Origin: Felis catus | Taxonomy: Eukaryota | DNA: 64,000 nucleotides | Assembly (NCBI RefSeq): GCF_018350175.1 | Contig: NC_058368.1 | Location: 168,394,001 to 168,458,000, forward strand | Direction of reading: 5' to 3' | Part shown: piece after piece, positions 62,421 to 64,000 of the stretch | How positions within the stretch are numbered: the stretch's first letter is position 1 | How the letters are laid out: each line of letters opens with the position of its first letter | The notes under the pieces: generated by a model | Told to the model about the DNA's origin: nothing | The model's input: the letters and a program-made list of their open reading frames with translations, nothing else | Databases searched by the model: none | Program-made: the position numbers and the translations under genes

Positions 62421-62662
62421 AAAAAAAAATTTTTTTTTTTTACATTTATTCATTTTTGAGACACAGAGAGAGACAGAGCACAAGCATGGGAGGGACAGAG
62501 ACAGAGGGAGACACAGAATCCGAAGCAGGCTGTCAGCACAGAGCCTGAGTCTGTGCTGAGCTGTCAGCACAGAACCTGACGTGGGGCTCGAACCCAGGAG
62601 CTGTGAGATCATGACCTGAGCTGAAGTCGGACGCTCAACTGACTGAGCCACCCAGGTGCCCC
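62421..62662 (-). mobile_element. CAN-SINE with internal rearrangement
   Basis: TSD core tgggacttcttt at 62409-62420 and 62667-62678. Confidence 0.94.
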
Positions 62663-62984
62663 TGACTGGGACTTCTTTTATTCCTCTGTCCCTTATGGCC
62701 CTTCTCAGTGCCACATAAAGGATGCATGAACTTCTGGATAACCACCGTATTGTTCTTAGGTCGTTTCCCTGCTTAAACATACCACCACTGCCTTCCTACT
62801 CCACTCCATCCACCCTGTGACAATGCCAGCACATTGAGAGGAAGTCTCCTTTCACAGATCCAGACAGCAAGTGGAGCAGAAACCTTCTCTATGTTCAGCC
62901 TACTCCCAAGTTACCTGGGATTTTTGTAGTCTTATGTTCCTTCCTTAGCCTGAGGCCCAGGGGATGGGAAACATTGCTCGTTGC

Positions 62985-63440
62985 TGTTCTGATAGCTTTT
63001 CATCTTGTCTTTCTTGCTAAAAGAAACCCAGTTTTGTTCAGGATACCAATGTGGTTAGTGTCAATATTCACCTTTTCAAGTTCCCTTTCACTAGGGATAG
63101 GCAATAAGGTATAAATGGGGAAAAAAAGATATAAATGGATATAACTGGATAGGCCTCTCAGAAGGTATTGTTTCTAGGACTTAAAAAAACTTAAAAAGCT
63201 GATATGTACCTTTGACTTTTCTCCTTCTTAATTATTGAAGTGCATCCATGATGACAGTAGGTAGAGTACTCACCTTGTAACTGACCAGCCATAGGCTAAC
63301 ATGGCAATCGGATGCCAGGAGAAGTCTGGAACGTTGATGAATTACTTACCTTCAAACTTCTTGTTAGAGGGGAAAAATAATCCCCTACTTACGTAAGTCA
63401 TTGTGATTATGTCACTTGTACTTGTAGCTAAAAGCAATAA
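62985..63440 (+). mobile_element. Old MaLR LTR (MLT1J/K-like)
   Basis: cttgctaaaagaaacccagttttgttcagg start; aaacttcttgtt...aaaataatcccct...cttgtagctaaaagca end. Confidence 0.55.
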
Positions 63441-64000
63441 AAATGATCAACTTGGACACCATATATATCCTAGTCTTGCCACTTCTAAATATGTGTGACT
63501 TTTCATCTTCCACTTGTACCCCTAGACTAGCAAGTGTTTTTATTAACATTCTATATGTCAGGAAACCGCTGTTATATCATTGTGGGGAAATGAAACTTCT
63601 CTGGATTCCTCATCAGTGCTCCTGCAAAAAGCTCCAGTCGCCTGAGACAGAGAAATGTGAAAGATACAAAGATAGAGAATACTGGCTTTCACTTCCCCTG
63701 GATGCATTTTCACATGCCATAAGGATTAGATCTGTAGCCATTTGTTTTTCTAATGATGTAGCTAATTGTTCTGATCTGAAAGGATAATACAACTTCTCTT
63801 ATCTCCTCCAAATCCAAACATCCTGAGATAGGCACTTAGATTAGCTCCTAGGAATTTATGTATAAAAAGAGATGAAAAACCAGGACCTCTCTAGGTTGGA
63901 ACACACCAGGCTTTTTGACTCCTGGAGAGATTTTATTTACAATCCAAATGAGTGAGAACCCAGCATCCTTTCCATTCTCAAAGGATCAGAAGTTTTTTAA

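Overview
AT-rich, repeat-dense mammalian DNA from a cat-family (felid) genome, judged by the many carnivore CAN-SINEs with Felidae-type SINEC_Fc sequence. It is intergenic or deep intronic. I found no recognisable host protein-coding gene, RNA gene or CpG island; the long ORFs in the track come from LINE-1, SINEs or low-complexity sequence. Main contents: one full-length but inactivated L1 (~16164-22913, minus); four 5'-truncated felid L1s with clear target-site duplications (TSDs); about 30 CAN-SINEs; and older L1M, L2, MIR, MaLR (MLT1), Tigger and hAT-Charlie relics. I cannot support a new biological system here. The most interesting observations concern mechanism: (i) three retroelements inserted at one TTTT|AA nick site (8867-10002); (ii) a CTCF consensus motif and an ORF0-like antisense ORF in the L1 5'UTR; (iii) two fold-back templated micro-insertions; (iv) a direct-repeat-flanked minisatellite plus tailless SINE cassette; (v) an 11-kb nest of insertions inside one old L1; (vi) two weak candidate exons. 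Subfamily names for old repeats come from my recall of consensus sequences and need RepeatMasker/Dfam confirmation.
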